A DNA stretch of 64,000 nt from Octopus vulgaris (lineage: Eukaryota): the NCBI GenBank assembly GCA_951406725.2, contig OX597819.1, forward strand, positions 128,526,001-128,590,000. The letters are read 5' to 3'. Below, in pieces: positions 52,958-64,000 of the stretch. The notes beneath the pieces were generated by a model. The model did not search any database. It had not been told where the DNA came from and saw only the letters and a program-made list of their open reading frames with translations. Position numbers and translations under genes: made by a program. Every line of letters begins with the position of its first letter. Position 1 is the stretch's first letter.

Positions 52958-53269
52958 TCAAATAATAAAGGGTGAAATTAATTAATTTAGAAATAATCAT
53001 TAATTTCACCAAGTAGAGTTCGGCATGTAAAAGACCCATTCAAGAAAGGTTTAAGTAATACTAAGTAATTAAGGGTTGCTATATATATATATATATGTGT
53101 GTATATATATATATATACTGAAAAACTAATCCATTCTTGTTGCTTTTTTCTTGTTTATAATCACCCCACATTATTTTATGGTTAATATCATAGATTTCTG
53201 GTGCATCTAAGTTAAGTACCATATTCATTTGAATTCATTGGAACTCACTTGAATCTTAATTGCTTTTAC

Positions 53270-53337
53270 TATATATATATATATATATATATACATGATA
53301 TGCATATAGATTGCCATTTGAATATATATAACATATA

Positions 53338-53371
<34 letters not shown>

Positions 53372-53381
53372 CTTGTATACC

Positions 53382-53431
<50 letters not shown>

Positions 53432-53472
53432 AATATAAATATATATATATACATACACATATATATATATAT

Positions 53473-53534
<62 letters not shown>

Positions 53535-53548
53535 CATATAATATATAT
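53270..53548. repeat. (TA)n-rich microsatellite; also 52905-52952, 58230-58550, 58900-59010
   Basis: Seen directly. Confidence 0.97.
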
Positions 53549-53840
53549 CAACAGTACATAGGTCCTGTGTGTGTAATTAGGTTAACAGTAATTATCTTAT
53601 ACTGTTTATGTATTCTCTCCGTATCTTGCGTCTTAGAAACACGTTTTGGCCGTCAGTAAAATAAATAAAACAGTTCCTTAACACAACTCAAGAGCTCGGG
53701 GATTTATTGGGTCTGAGAAAAACGAGGCAGTGGTGACATTCATGCCTTTCTCTTTTCGAGGTCGCTTTGTAGTTAAATAGTTAAATTGTATTTTAATTGC
53801 AAAGATTAGAAACTGCCGCCTGGATTAATTATGTTTTATA

Positions 53841-53958
53841 CAGGGTGTCCACAAAATCTGGGTAGATGGGGTAAATATAAATCATAACATAAACAATTAA
53901 ATATAAGAAATAATAATTTTTTTCAAGTACCATGTACCCAGATTTTGTGGACACCCTG
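53841..53958. mobile_element. 118-bp Tc1/mariner-type MITE
   Basis: TA|CAGGGTGTCCACAAAATCTGGGTA ... TACCCAGATTTTGTGGACACCCTG|TA. Confidence 0.88.
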
Positions 53959-54412
53959 TATATATATCTAAACGGGTGTAAGGTACCTGAATCTAGAGTT
54001 TTCCATTCTTCTCTTTGAATTCAGGTTTATCTGCGTCGGCAAAATTCTGTCAAAGTTGTTTTTTTGTTTTTTAACTAAAAAGAGAAAGTGAAATTCGGAT
54101 TATTTTAGCTTTCTGTGTAAAGAAAATTTCTTAACTTTCAAAATAAACAAGGTCCTTCCATAACGATTTCTTGTATATAAATATATTTTGATATCACTCA
54201 CACCAATAATATGAACTCTGGAAAAAAGTGATGTTTACGTTTTTCCTAAAGGTATTTGTGACCTAAGAAGCTTTGTTGGTGATCTTGACCATCGATGTGC
54301 ACTTTTATCGATAAATTATTCTGCGATTGGTTATTTATTAGGTAAATTATTTTGTGATTTTGTTTTTTGATTTGGTTTGCGGGATTCTTTATATGAGTTC
54401 GTGTATTGAAGC

Positions 54413-54656
54413 ATATTCTGTTGTGTCTGGGGAGAGTTATTTTCTTTTTGTGCCTTATTATTTAACACACTCACCTGTAAAATTTCCACTTTTTCTTAAA
54501 ATTTTCGTTGCGTCAAGACTATTGAAAAGGTTGCAAGAAGCAATGAAAATTTTAGGACAATAAAAATAAGAAAAAAGTGGAAATTTTACCGGTGAGTGTG
54601 TTAAATAATAAAGGCACCCAAAAAGGAAATGACTCTCCCCAGACACAACAGAATAT
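54413..54656. repeat. Foldback element with ~100-bp arms; second copy with a different centre at 12650-12868
   Basis: TATTCTGTTGTGTCTGGGGAGAG...GTAAAATTTCCACT mirrored by AGTGGAAATTTTACCGGTGAG...CCCCAGACACAACAGAATA. Confidence 0.85.
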
Positions 54657-55063
54657 TTTGTGATTATTGTGAATTGATGATTGAGCTAAATATCAGAATA
54701 ATAATATCTAATATAACAATTAAAGTTGGGGCGGAGAGAATGTTGAAGTGAAAAATCGTTTGTTGTTTATCTTCTTCTCCCTGCATTGTTTATTTTGAGC
54801 AAACATTTGGTAAAAAGGAAGTCGGTCGGGACAATCCTGTTTCTTTTTCTTTTCTCTCTTATCAGACATCGCCTGTCTAAAGTAGTCTCAATTTTCTTTT
54901 TTTTTTAGACTGTAGGCTGTTAGTTTAGTAATATTTGGTTTTATCTCTTGTAGCAGGTTGATTATAGTTGAGGCTCCGTTTGTGTTAGTAGCTACACAAG
55001 TTCACGCCGACCCAGTCAGGGCAACACTAGTTCCTCGAAACCAACAATATAAATAAGCCAAAT

Positions 55064-55295
55064 AGGCGGCGAGCTGGCAGAAACGTTAGCGCGCCAGGCG
55101 AAATGCGTAGCCGTATTTCATCTGTCGTTACGTTCCGAGTTCAAATTCCGCCGAGGTCGACTTTGCCTTTCATCCTTTCGGGGTCGATAAATTAAGTACC
55201 AGTTACGCACTGGGGTCGATGTAATCGACTTAATCCGTTTGTCTGTCCTTGTTTGTCCCCTCTGTGTTTAGCCCCTTGTGGGTAGTAAATAAATA
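55064..55295 (+). mobile_element. tRNA-derived SINE family A (representative). Other copies at about 5797-6031(-), 9512-9902, 13580-13780, 16617-17000, 18847-19065, 25648-25870(-), 29025-29256, 37585-37817, 41262-41365(-), 45810-46022, 56127-56312(-)
   Basis: Head GGCGGCGAGCTGGCAGAA, B-box GAGTTCAAATTCC, conserved core GCCTTTCATCCTTTCGGGGTCGATAAATTAAGTACCAG, A-rich tail. TSD AATATAAATAAGCCAAA flanks this copy and GGTATAGTGGAA flanks the 29025 copy. Confidence 0.9.
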
Positions 55296-57959
55296 AATAT
55301 AAATAAGCCAAACAGGGAACCTCTACGCGATCACTCGACCTGCTCCTGCTGGAAATATCTGTCGAAAATAATTTAAATCAGCCTTTAATCTCAAGACTGT
55401 TCGATTAGGATTGACTTTGGGGCTAATTAACAATCAACTGCTATAAATCAAAAACGTCGAAGACTTTGGGTGAAAAAAGAAAATTTAACAAGTTATCAGT
55501 CATTTCCCTACTTTTCTTGCTTCTAATTAAGAAAATCGGTTAATTTTTTTTTTGTAGCTCTTTGCACTTTTTTTTGTTTATTTTACTGGATTTCTCCATT
55601 ATCTTGAGAAGTTAGTTTGTTTATCCGTTACAATCCATAAACGTTTGATGCTGGTTTCCGGAATATTGTGCTTTAATGTCGTCACTGTGGCCCCGATCTC
55701 TTCCAATCTCTCCTCTTATCCGCCCCCAGTAGTGGGTGTTGTGGGCTTTTTAAGTAAGTGTTGTATGGAATAACGCAGAATTTTCATATATAGTTTATTT
55801 TGTGTGTTAATTACCGAAATTGTAGAAGTAACTGGAAAGAGCCTAATACAGTGTTACTAGGTCTGCTAGAAACAGCAGTTTAAATCACTTTCGAATCACA
55901 CCCTACTGGTTACAAAAGGAAGAAGAAAAAAGTAGGAAGGAGACATCAGATAATTTTGTTATTGTTGGTGGTGGTGGTGGAAGAATAGTCCTGTCTGGAA
56001 CGCTTGTGATGCTTAAATTTTCTCGGTCAGGACTGATCTGCAATTAATAAATAAAACTAGATTAGGTGTTTCTTGTTTATATATCTGCACTGCCTTCGTT
56101 CAGTTAGAATACAAAATTACAAAATATGTTTCTTTATTACCCACAAGGGGCTAATCATAGAGGGGACAAACAAGGACAGACAAATAAATTTATCGACCCC
56201 GAAAGGATGAAAGGCAAAGTCGACCTCGGCAGAATTTGAACTCAGAACGTAACGGCAGACGAAATACGGCTACGCATTTCGCCCGGCGTGCTAACGGTTC
56301 TGCCAGCTCGCCAATCAGTCAAACGAATATTCTAACATTTATTTTACATTTCAAATACACAAAGAAACCCCAACTACTTAGAAAATGCTACCATGTTGCC
56401 CTCAAAGCACATCCCATTGTATTGAATGTGTAGTAATAATATTTTAATGTCATTTTTTAGAGAAGATATGTCTCTCACACTTTTACGGTTGTTTTCATTG
56501 TGTCCAGCATATAATGTGTGTTGTATATCATCATCATCATCATCGTTTAGCGTCCGCTTTCCATGCTAGCATGGGTTGGACAGTTCAACTGGGGTCTGGG
56601 AAGCCAGAAGGCTGCACCAGGCCCAATCTGATCTGCCAGAGTTTCTACAGCTGGATGCCCTTCCTAACGCCAACCACTCCATGAGTGTAGTGGGTGCTTT
56701 TTACGTGCCACCGGCACAGATGCCAGACGAGTATAGTACTGATTTATTATTATTTGTTTTACATTGCACAAACTGTAAGTTCTCTTGACTTCAATGTTTA
56801 CTTCTGGTCGGTACCTCCTTGTCTAAAAAAAACTCTGTAACTTCAAACCAAGATGCATGCACACGTGCCAAGTGCGAAAGAAACAGCGGGTTACTTCAAA
56901 GCCACCAGGTCCACTAGGTCACCAGCCTTGACACTTCTGCTATTTTTCTCAAATAGAACACCCCAAAGCTTTATCCTATCCTCATCACATTGTTCATTCT
57001 CTCTTTCTATAGAATATTTCTTGATCTTAGGAAACTTGCTACAGTATATCTCCAACTGCACGAGGAACAATCCATCTGACCCTGCTAACGCTGAGTATTT
57101 CACTCATTTCAGCATCTCAAAGGCAAAATGGATGGAGACAGCCATTAACAATGACTTCTCCAACACTTTAGTTAGCCCATGCTTTTACTGTAACCATCAA
57201 CTTGCAACTGTTCAAGGGCAATGTTAACCATGTTGTACGGCCCATAAAGAACATGATCTCAATCTCGTCCCATGAAAAAAAAAAGGAAAAATGTCCACCA
57301 ACCTTAATGTTCGACTACCTTCAAACATTGTACTTTAGAGCTGGTCTCAGTCATTAACAAACTTTTTAATCTTTGTCTACAATGATCTGCTCTGATCTAG
57401 AAATATACTGTAGTGTATTCCATCCCAAAGAACTCTCTGCCAACTACCATTCTTACATCCACCTTAAAAGTGTTGAAAGCAACATTATCACCCTTTTATA
57501 CCTAGTTTCCATGATAGCATGGATTGTCGTGTTCTGAGTCGGTCTTTATTTGGGGTTATTAACTTTCTAGAAGGACCAGAGAATTATGTTTTGCTTCTAT
57601 GTTTCATTTTTAGCTTGGTTTTTACAAGCAGATGACCTATCCTTACATTAACTATTTTCTAGATTGTACTGAGTGCATTTTGTCATGTCGTCAGCACTAG
57701 GGAAGTTGTCACGTTCTTGACCTAACTAAAGCGTCCTCTTGACCGTATTTTGTCTCTGCTTGTTTGCTAATTGTAGTGTCATGGGCAAAAAAAATGTTTA
57801 ACTTCTTGCCTAGGGCAAGCCCACAGCAATATCAAATCTTCTCCACTATTTCGGTATTACGTGTTAAAAGTGAAACAAAAACATCTCTCTATTGTAATAT
57901 CAGATGCTTTCACTTTGATACTTTCACTTTAATACTGAAACTAATAAAGTGAAACTATT

Positions 57960-58105
57960 ATATAAGAGGGATGACTTGTTAGTGGACATCCATTTTGCTA
58001 GAAGAAGATTCGCTATGGTCTTACCACTAACGAAGAAATGGTAAGACCATAGTGGATCTTCTTCTAGCATAATCGATGTCCACTTACAGGTCAACCCTCT
58101 TATAT
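57960..58105. repeat. Isolated ~67-bp-arm imperfect hairpin with 12-nt loop
   Basis: ATATAAGAGGG..GTGGACATC..GCTAGAAGAAGAT..CTATGGTCTTACCA mirrored across loop 58027-58038. Confidence 0.85.
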
Positions 58106-58254
58106 GTTATGTAATATAATTTTTTCTGAAACTTCAGACTTTTCAATATGCTACACCACTGGTTTTAAATTGATATTAATCAAATAAATATTCAATTTTT
58201 CACCCTTTTTATTTTAGTTTTAAATTTACATGTGTGTATATATATATATAGATA

Positions 58255-58324
<70 letters not shown>

Positions 58325-58899
58325 TAGATAGATATAGATGTATATATATATATACATGTGTATATATATATATATGCATATACACACATGTATATATATG
58401 GATGTATATATATTCATGTATATATATACATGTATATGTATAGAGGTAGATGTATACATGTATTTCTATAGATATAGATGTATATGTAATATGTACACAT
58501 ATATACATGCATATATATACATCCATACACACATTCACACACACACATACATAGGTGCAGGTGTAGCTGTGTGTTAACAAACTTTGTTCCAAAACACATG
58601 GTCCTGGGTTCAGTTCCACTGTGTGGTGACTTGGCATGTGGATTTTGTAGACAGAAACTGAAAGAAATCAATCGTATATATTTATGTAAGTGTATGTGTG
58701 TGACTTTGTTTCTGTGTTTCGCTCTCATCACTGCTTCACAACATCACAACAGCTGTTCGTTTATTTACAGCCCCATAACTTACTGGTTTCACAAGAAGAA
58801 ACTAATAGAATAAGTACCAGGCTTATCAACATAAAAAAAGCACTACGCTGTGTCTCATATTTTTGTTTGCCCACTCAGTTGTATCTATCAATTCATCTT

Positions 58900-58958
<59 letters not shown>

Positions 58959-59017
58959 CACACATGCATATATATATATATATATATACATGTATGTACG
59001 TATGTATATGTGCACAT

Positions 59018-60695
59018 TCATATATATTATATCAAAGTCAATGTCTTTATGTGTTCGTGTGTTACTTATACATTAAAAAACTGCTGCACTGATCATAATG
59101 AAATTTGGAACACAAAATCCAAGCCTTGGGGGAAGGGTAATGCTGTGTGTTTCATAAAATTTCATGGACCAAAATTACTGAATGGATCCTTATGATATTT
59201 GAAACTTAGATTCAATGCATAAAAGTGGGTATAATGCAATATATTTGGTTTGAATTTTAGATGGTTTAAAGGGGGCAGAACACCCATGAAAATTCATAAA
59301 TTTTCGATGTTGATGAAATTTCAACCATGGGTAATTGACACATCAAGAAGTATTCTCAAAGTTTCCACTTCACATGAGGATTCAAAGACACCCTAATGGG
59401 GGCATTAACTCCCAAATTTTAATCATTTCTTTTATGATCCAAAACTAGGTCAAAAGTACTGAATGGATCTTTAGGAAATTTGGAAATTATATTCTATGCA
59501 TAAGGGCCATAATCCCCATGATAATTCATATATTTTTGCTGTTGATGAAGTTTTAACCATACATATTAGATACAAATGAAGTAATATTTATAAAATTTCA
59601 TCTTCTTACAAGTTAGAAAAACCCCTTCATGGGGACTTAACACCCACAATTTAGTCATTTTATCTAAGCAAAGACGAATACAGTTGTACTCTTGGAAGCT
59701 GTAGCGTCACCCAAGCATAAAAGGTGAGCATTATTTGTAATTCAATGGTACAACAGTAACAGTTTGCTTTGACATACACTTAGATTGTGATTTCTGCAAT
59801 GTGGTGCATAAATTGTCAAGTAAATGAGAGGCATCTTTGTCTCCACTGATTCAGTTGCAAAGTGTTGAGTAAAGTTATTTGATTGCAGACCTCCTTTCAG
59901 TCTTTTTATTATCACTGGGTCACACATAGTCCCCAGATGGTAACATTGATTTCAAGGCCTTCCTAGATGAGTGACTGGTTATTCAAAGACATTTATAGAT
60001 TGTAAATTTATTCTGTCCAGTTATTATCAGTATAGTGGTCATTTGCAAACTACAGATGTGACACTTTAATTTCTCCTAAGCCGTCACGTCACACAGTTGT
60101 TAATGTTGATTTCAGTTGGGTCACGCCCTTCCAATTGCTATAGATTCGTAATGCATCTTACGGCTGTGCCTGTCACCTGGATAATGAGTAATCCTACATT
60201 GGGAGTGGTAACGACTAGGGAAGGTTAGCTGACTGCTTATTCTGATCATTTGTCTTTTGATTTCCTGTAGCTTTGCTCTCTTTTACAAACCCAGTGAACA
60301 TATTTCCTATTTCAAAGAAATTCAAACAATAGATATAGGACCCAAGTTAAAAAGATTCTCAACAATTCAACTTCTCTGGTTGACATTAATACGCCCACTC
60401 CCAATAGGGGCCTTAACTTTCACATTTTAGAGCTCTAAGACCTCCATTTTTCAGGAGCAAAATCCTTTTAACAGGTTCTATAAGACTGGAATTTTGGAAT
60501 ATGCACATAAAAATCAGTAGTATGGGATACATGTGGCACGATTACAATTTATTTAGGGTGTGTAAAGAGGGAAATAACCGTTATCTGCAATTTTGATGAA
60601 ATTCGAAACATAGGTATTCCAGTTCATTACAGAAAATATAACAGAAAGGTCTAATTCTTCACTTGCATGTAACATGGGCAACGTCGGGTAACTCT
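59018..60695 (+). mobile_element. Possible degenerate Helitron/Helentron-like non-autonomous element
   Basis: Starts TC(AT)n; recurrent TTGATGAAATT and TACTGAATGGATC subrepeats; terminal GGGCAACGTCGGGTA resembling Helitron 3' ends. Decayed. Confidence 0.35.
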
Positions 60696-61002
60696 TTGTT
60701 TAATTCTTTGTTATTTTCAAGGTTAATTGAAACAAAGGCAATGTATTTCAACAGAAATATGGTAACAAAATGGTTAAGAAAATAGGGAGTAATCTGAAAG
60801 ATATTTGGCTGCTATGTTTAGCACATTGAGCAAGCACAGCAAAGTTGTCTTGTGAGTAGTGTGACTTTGAGTATAGTGCTCTGAATGCGTGGAGATAGTT
60901 GGAGAGGAATTTGTGGGTTGGATGAGTCTTTAGGATTTTTTTAGGGTATGCATTGGAAAAAATGGGTTTCTGTGATATTCTTCACCTAAGTTTTTGGAAT
61001 GT

Positions 61003-61224
61003 CTTTAGCATTCACATAATTCTGTCAAAATTAATGCTTTTTTTATCCACATTGTTTTGAACTAATAATGCATTATCTTGTAGCTATGAGATTTCAATGA
61101 GGTAGCTGTTAATTTTGAAAGCGATATTGTAGGGTTGGTGTGAGAGACCAGATCTGGCCAGTTTGAACATAGAATAGGTAGAATACTTGGCTGGATATGG
61201 CCGGTTTAAATGCTAAAGGGTTAA
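61003..61224. mobile_element. Second piggyBac-type MITE family (TTAACCCTTTAGCATT TIR); copies at 26152-26375 and 18176-18640 (latter split by a SINE B)
   Basis: Shared body GCATTATCTTGTAGCTATGAGATTT...GGCCGGTTTAAATGCTAAAGGGTTAA. Confidence 0.7.
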
Positions 61225-63910
61225 ATTGCAATTCTATTGCCCAGTTTACAAACTCTACCACACAATTTATCATGCAATGTGAAGAACCAATGGCGGTGCC
61301 CCAGCATGGCCACAGCTCATGAGCTGAAACTAGAATCAATCAATCAATCAACCTGGTTTAGTTGTTGCCTAAACTAGTAAGAGTTTAACTATTTCTAACA
61401 GTGGGCAGTTGAGATGGTTGTTCAAAACAGGGAAGTATTTGAAACAATGTTGGGATTGTGCATCAGGGTTAATTGACTTACTCCCGCTCCCCAAACTTGC
61501 TGGCCTCGTGACAAAATTTGAAGCCTATATTTTGAGGGATAATAACAAGGAAATAAAAAAACAAAACCTATTGGCTTAGTTTCTAAACTTTCATTTATGA
61601 TATATTGTTCAACTGACAGTAATATTACAAAGAGGATAGTATAGGTATTGTCATCATCATCATCATCTTTGTTTAACATCCGCTTTCCATGCTAGCATGG
61701 GTTGGACGATTTTGACTGAGAGCTGGTGAACCAGACAGCCACACCAGGCTTCAATCTTGATCTGGCAGGGTTTCTACAGTTGGATGCCCTTCCTAATGCC
61801 AACCACTCCGAGAGTGTAGTGGGTGCTTTTTATGTGCCACCGGCATGGGGTCAGTCAGGCGGTACTGGCAATGACCTCGCTCGAATCCTTTTACACTTGC
61901 CACCAGCACAGGTGCCAGTAAGGCGACGTTGATAGCGATCACGCTCGAATGGTGCCCTTTTACATGCCGCCAGCACAGAGCCAGTTGGCTACTCTGGCAA
62001 CGATCACGCTCGGATGGTGCTCTTAGCACCCTACTAGCATGGGCACAAGTGCTAGTAAAGCGACGCTGGTAATGATCACACTCGTATGGTGCCCTTTTAT
62101 GTGCCACTGGCACGGAAGCAGCAAATGATATTTATCACAACATATTTATTTAATTTCCAACCATTTTCATCCCTTTGGAAGATTTCATGTTTTTTTTTCA
62201 TGAAATGTTGATGACTTTCTCTTTAAGAAAATTAAAACAAAAACAATAATGTTTTGTATTTTTATATTTAATGAGACTATAATTGATGAATTAGCCGGTA
62301 ATTTATTATTCAGGATTATACACTTACTTTGGTATGCTAATTGGATTTTCACAAATAATGCTCTTGCATGTGCTCCAACTCTCCGTTCAGTTACAAGAGA
62401 GCTATTAACACCAGATTGCCTAAGCACCAACCGATTGTGGCCGTTCCCAGCCTCCCCTGGCACCTGTGCCAGTGGCATGTAAAAAGCACCCACTACACTC
62501 ACGGAGTGGTTGACATTAGGAAGGGCATCCGAGCTGTAGAAACACTGCCAGATCAGACTGGAGCCTGGTGCAGCCTCCTGGCTTCCCAGACTCCAGTCAA
62601 ACCGTCCAACCCATGCTAGCATGGAAAACGGACGTTAAACGATGATGATGATCCAATATCCATAGACACAACATAATCCAATATATCCTTCCCCTTAAAG
62701 TTGTCAGTACAAATTGAAGGAGCTCTGGCTGCTATTTCTAATTGTTCAAGCAGCCTCATAGATACAACCATATAAGCAGTGTTTCATGATCCATTTTCAC
62801 ACTATCCTTTCTGCATTAGTCTAATTTAATTATTTCTCAATGCAATTAATTACCCCAGCTGCCTATTTTAGCATATGAGCATTTTGTATTGGTTCTTATT
62901 ATGGAGAATATCTAGAACACTACCACCATGTTTCACTTCTTGACATTTATAGTAGGGGCTCATTGTTTCTAGAATAACGTCATTTCATTTTGCTTCTGTT
63001 TGAATGGAACGGTTAAATGTGCCATGAGTTTTTTTCACTTCTTAACCCTTTTGTTACTGTATTTATTTTGAGATGCTCTGTGTTTCTTTCAGTTACTTTA
63101 AATATAACAAATAATTTAATAAAATAACTTTGTTATCATTCAGATAGTGTTAGGAACATAAATTGTGACTAAGGTTTGGTGGAAGGTTTTAATTCAGAAC
63201 TTATGAAAACAAGACATTTGTACTACAGAGCCAGAACCGGTTTCAGCCGGGTTGGTAATGAAAGGGTTAAAAAATAAGAGAAAGTAGCCATCACACACTT
63301 CTTGTAAAAGTTTGAAGTCAGTGGTTAAATAGTTGAGATTTAATTAAGTATAATCATCAGTATTAGATCAATTATAGATCCTCTTTGTGGTTGGTCAATC
63401 AGTTAGTAATAGCAGCCAAATTTCTCTCACACTGTCACATACTACCTTAGAAAAATGACATACATATTCTGTTATGCAGTCATAGATATACTTTACTAAG
63501 AAGAAGATGGATTGGTCATGGATCTTCTTAAACAAACGTGACCTGGGGTGGGGGGGTGGGGCTAAACAACAACAGAATCATGGTTATGTAGGAAAAAGGA
63601 GAGGTGTGAATAAAAGATTTTAGGAGGAAAAATGAAACAATCTGTTGTATGCAATTGGGTGTACAATATGCATATGCATTTGAAATACAAAACAACAACA
63701 ACAACAAAAAAAATGGAATAATAAATGGTCTTATGAATGAAAGTTTGGTAATTGTGTTTATTTTCACCAAGTGACACTTATGAGATCACTGTGTTGTTAT
63801 TGAAAAGTGCTTTTTGGTACAAGTAAATGCCAATGAAATCATTTCAAACCTTTCTGATTTCCTTTATCAAAACACCAGTTGTCAAGCAGTGGTGGAGGGA
63901 CAAAGATATA

Positions 63911-63948
<38 letters not shown>

Positions 63949-64000
63949 CATACATACATACATACACACACACACATACATACATACATACAAAACAGGC

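Noticed and set aside
56760-57330. ORFs 56853..57227 and 56891..57103 as exons of a gene
   Set aside because: No recognisable domain or convincing splice sites; possibly an old LINE fragment.

Overview
This is eukaryotic, AT-rich, repeat-saturated DNA. Its SINE families and (TA)n/(TACA)n microsatellites look cephalopod (Octopus-like), which is an inference. There is no prokaryotic system or CRISPR array. The left 40 kb holds the 5' half of a minus-strand MELK (maternal embryonic leucine zipper kinase) gene. Nine coding exons were reconstructed by hand with canonical GT/AG sites (912 nt, 304 aa: kinase domain plus start of the UBA domain), and the gene continues past position 1. A candidate E2F/CCAAT/CHR promoter lies at about 40.3 kb, and a probable first exon of a second, divergent gene (ZNF143 site, YY1/ATG, splice donor) lies at about 52.3 kb. 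The rest is tRNA-derived and RTE-related SINEs, decayed LINEs (RTE, CR1/L2, R4/Dong-like), a Penelope-like remnant, a mariner relic, piggyBac-, Merlin- and Tc1-type non-autonomous elements, foldbacks and microsatellites. Most ORFs in the supplied track are repeat artefacts. The most notable signals are structured RNAs in MELK introns. (1) An intact-looking type I hammerhead ribozyme (21308-21415, +) sits inside a 356-bp unit bounded by 71-bp direct repeats, a retrozyme/Penelope-pLTR architecture. (2) A second type I hammerhead lies in the sense orientation of the MELK pre-mRNA (about 7362-7441, -), and its only core-adjacent defect is an A-C mismatch that A-to-I editing could repair. (3) A SINE family is built from tandem ~60-nt two-hairpin modules. 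None of these has been tested computationally or experimentally here.
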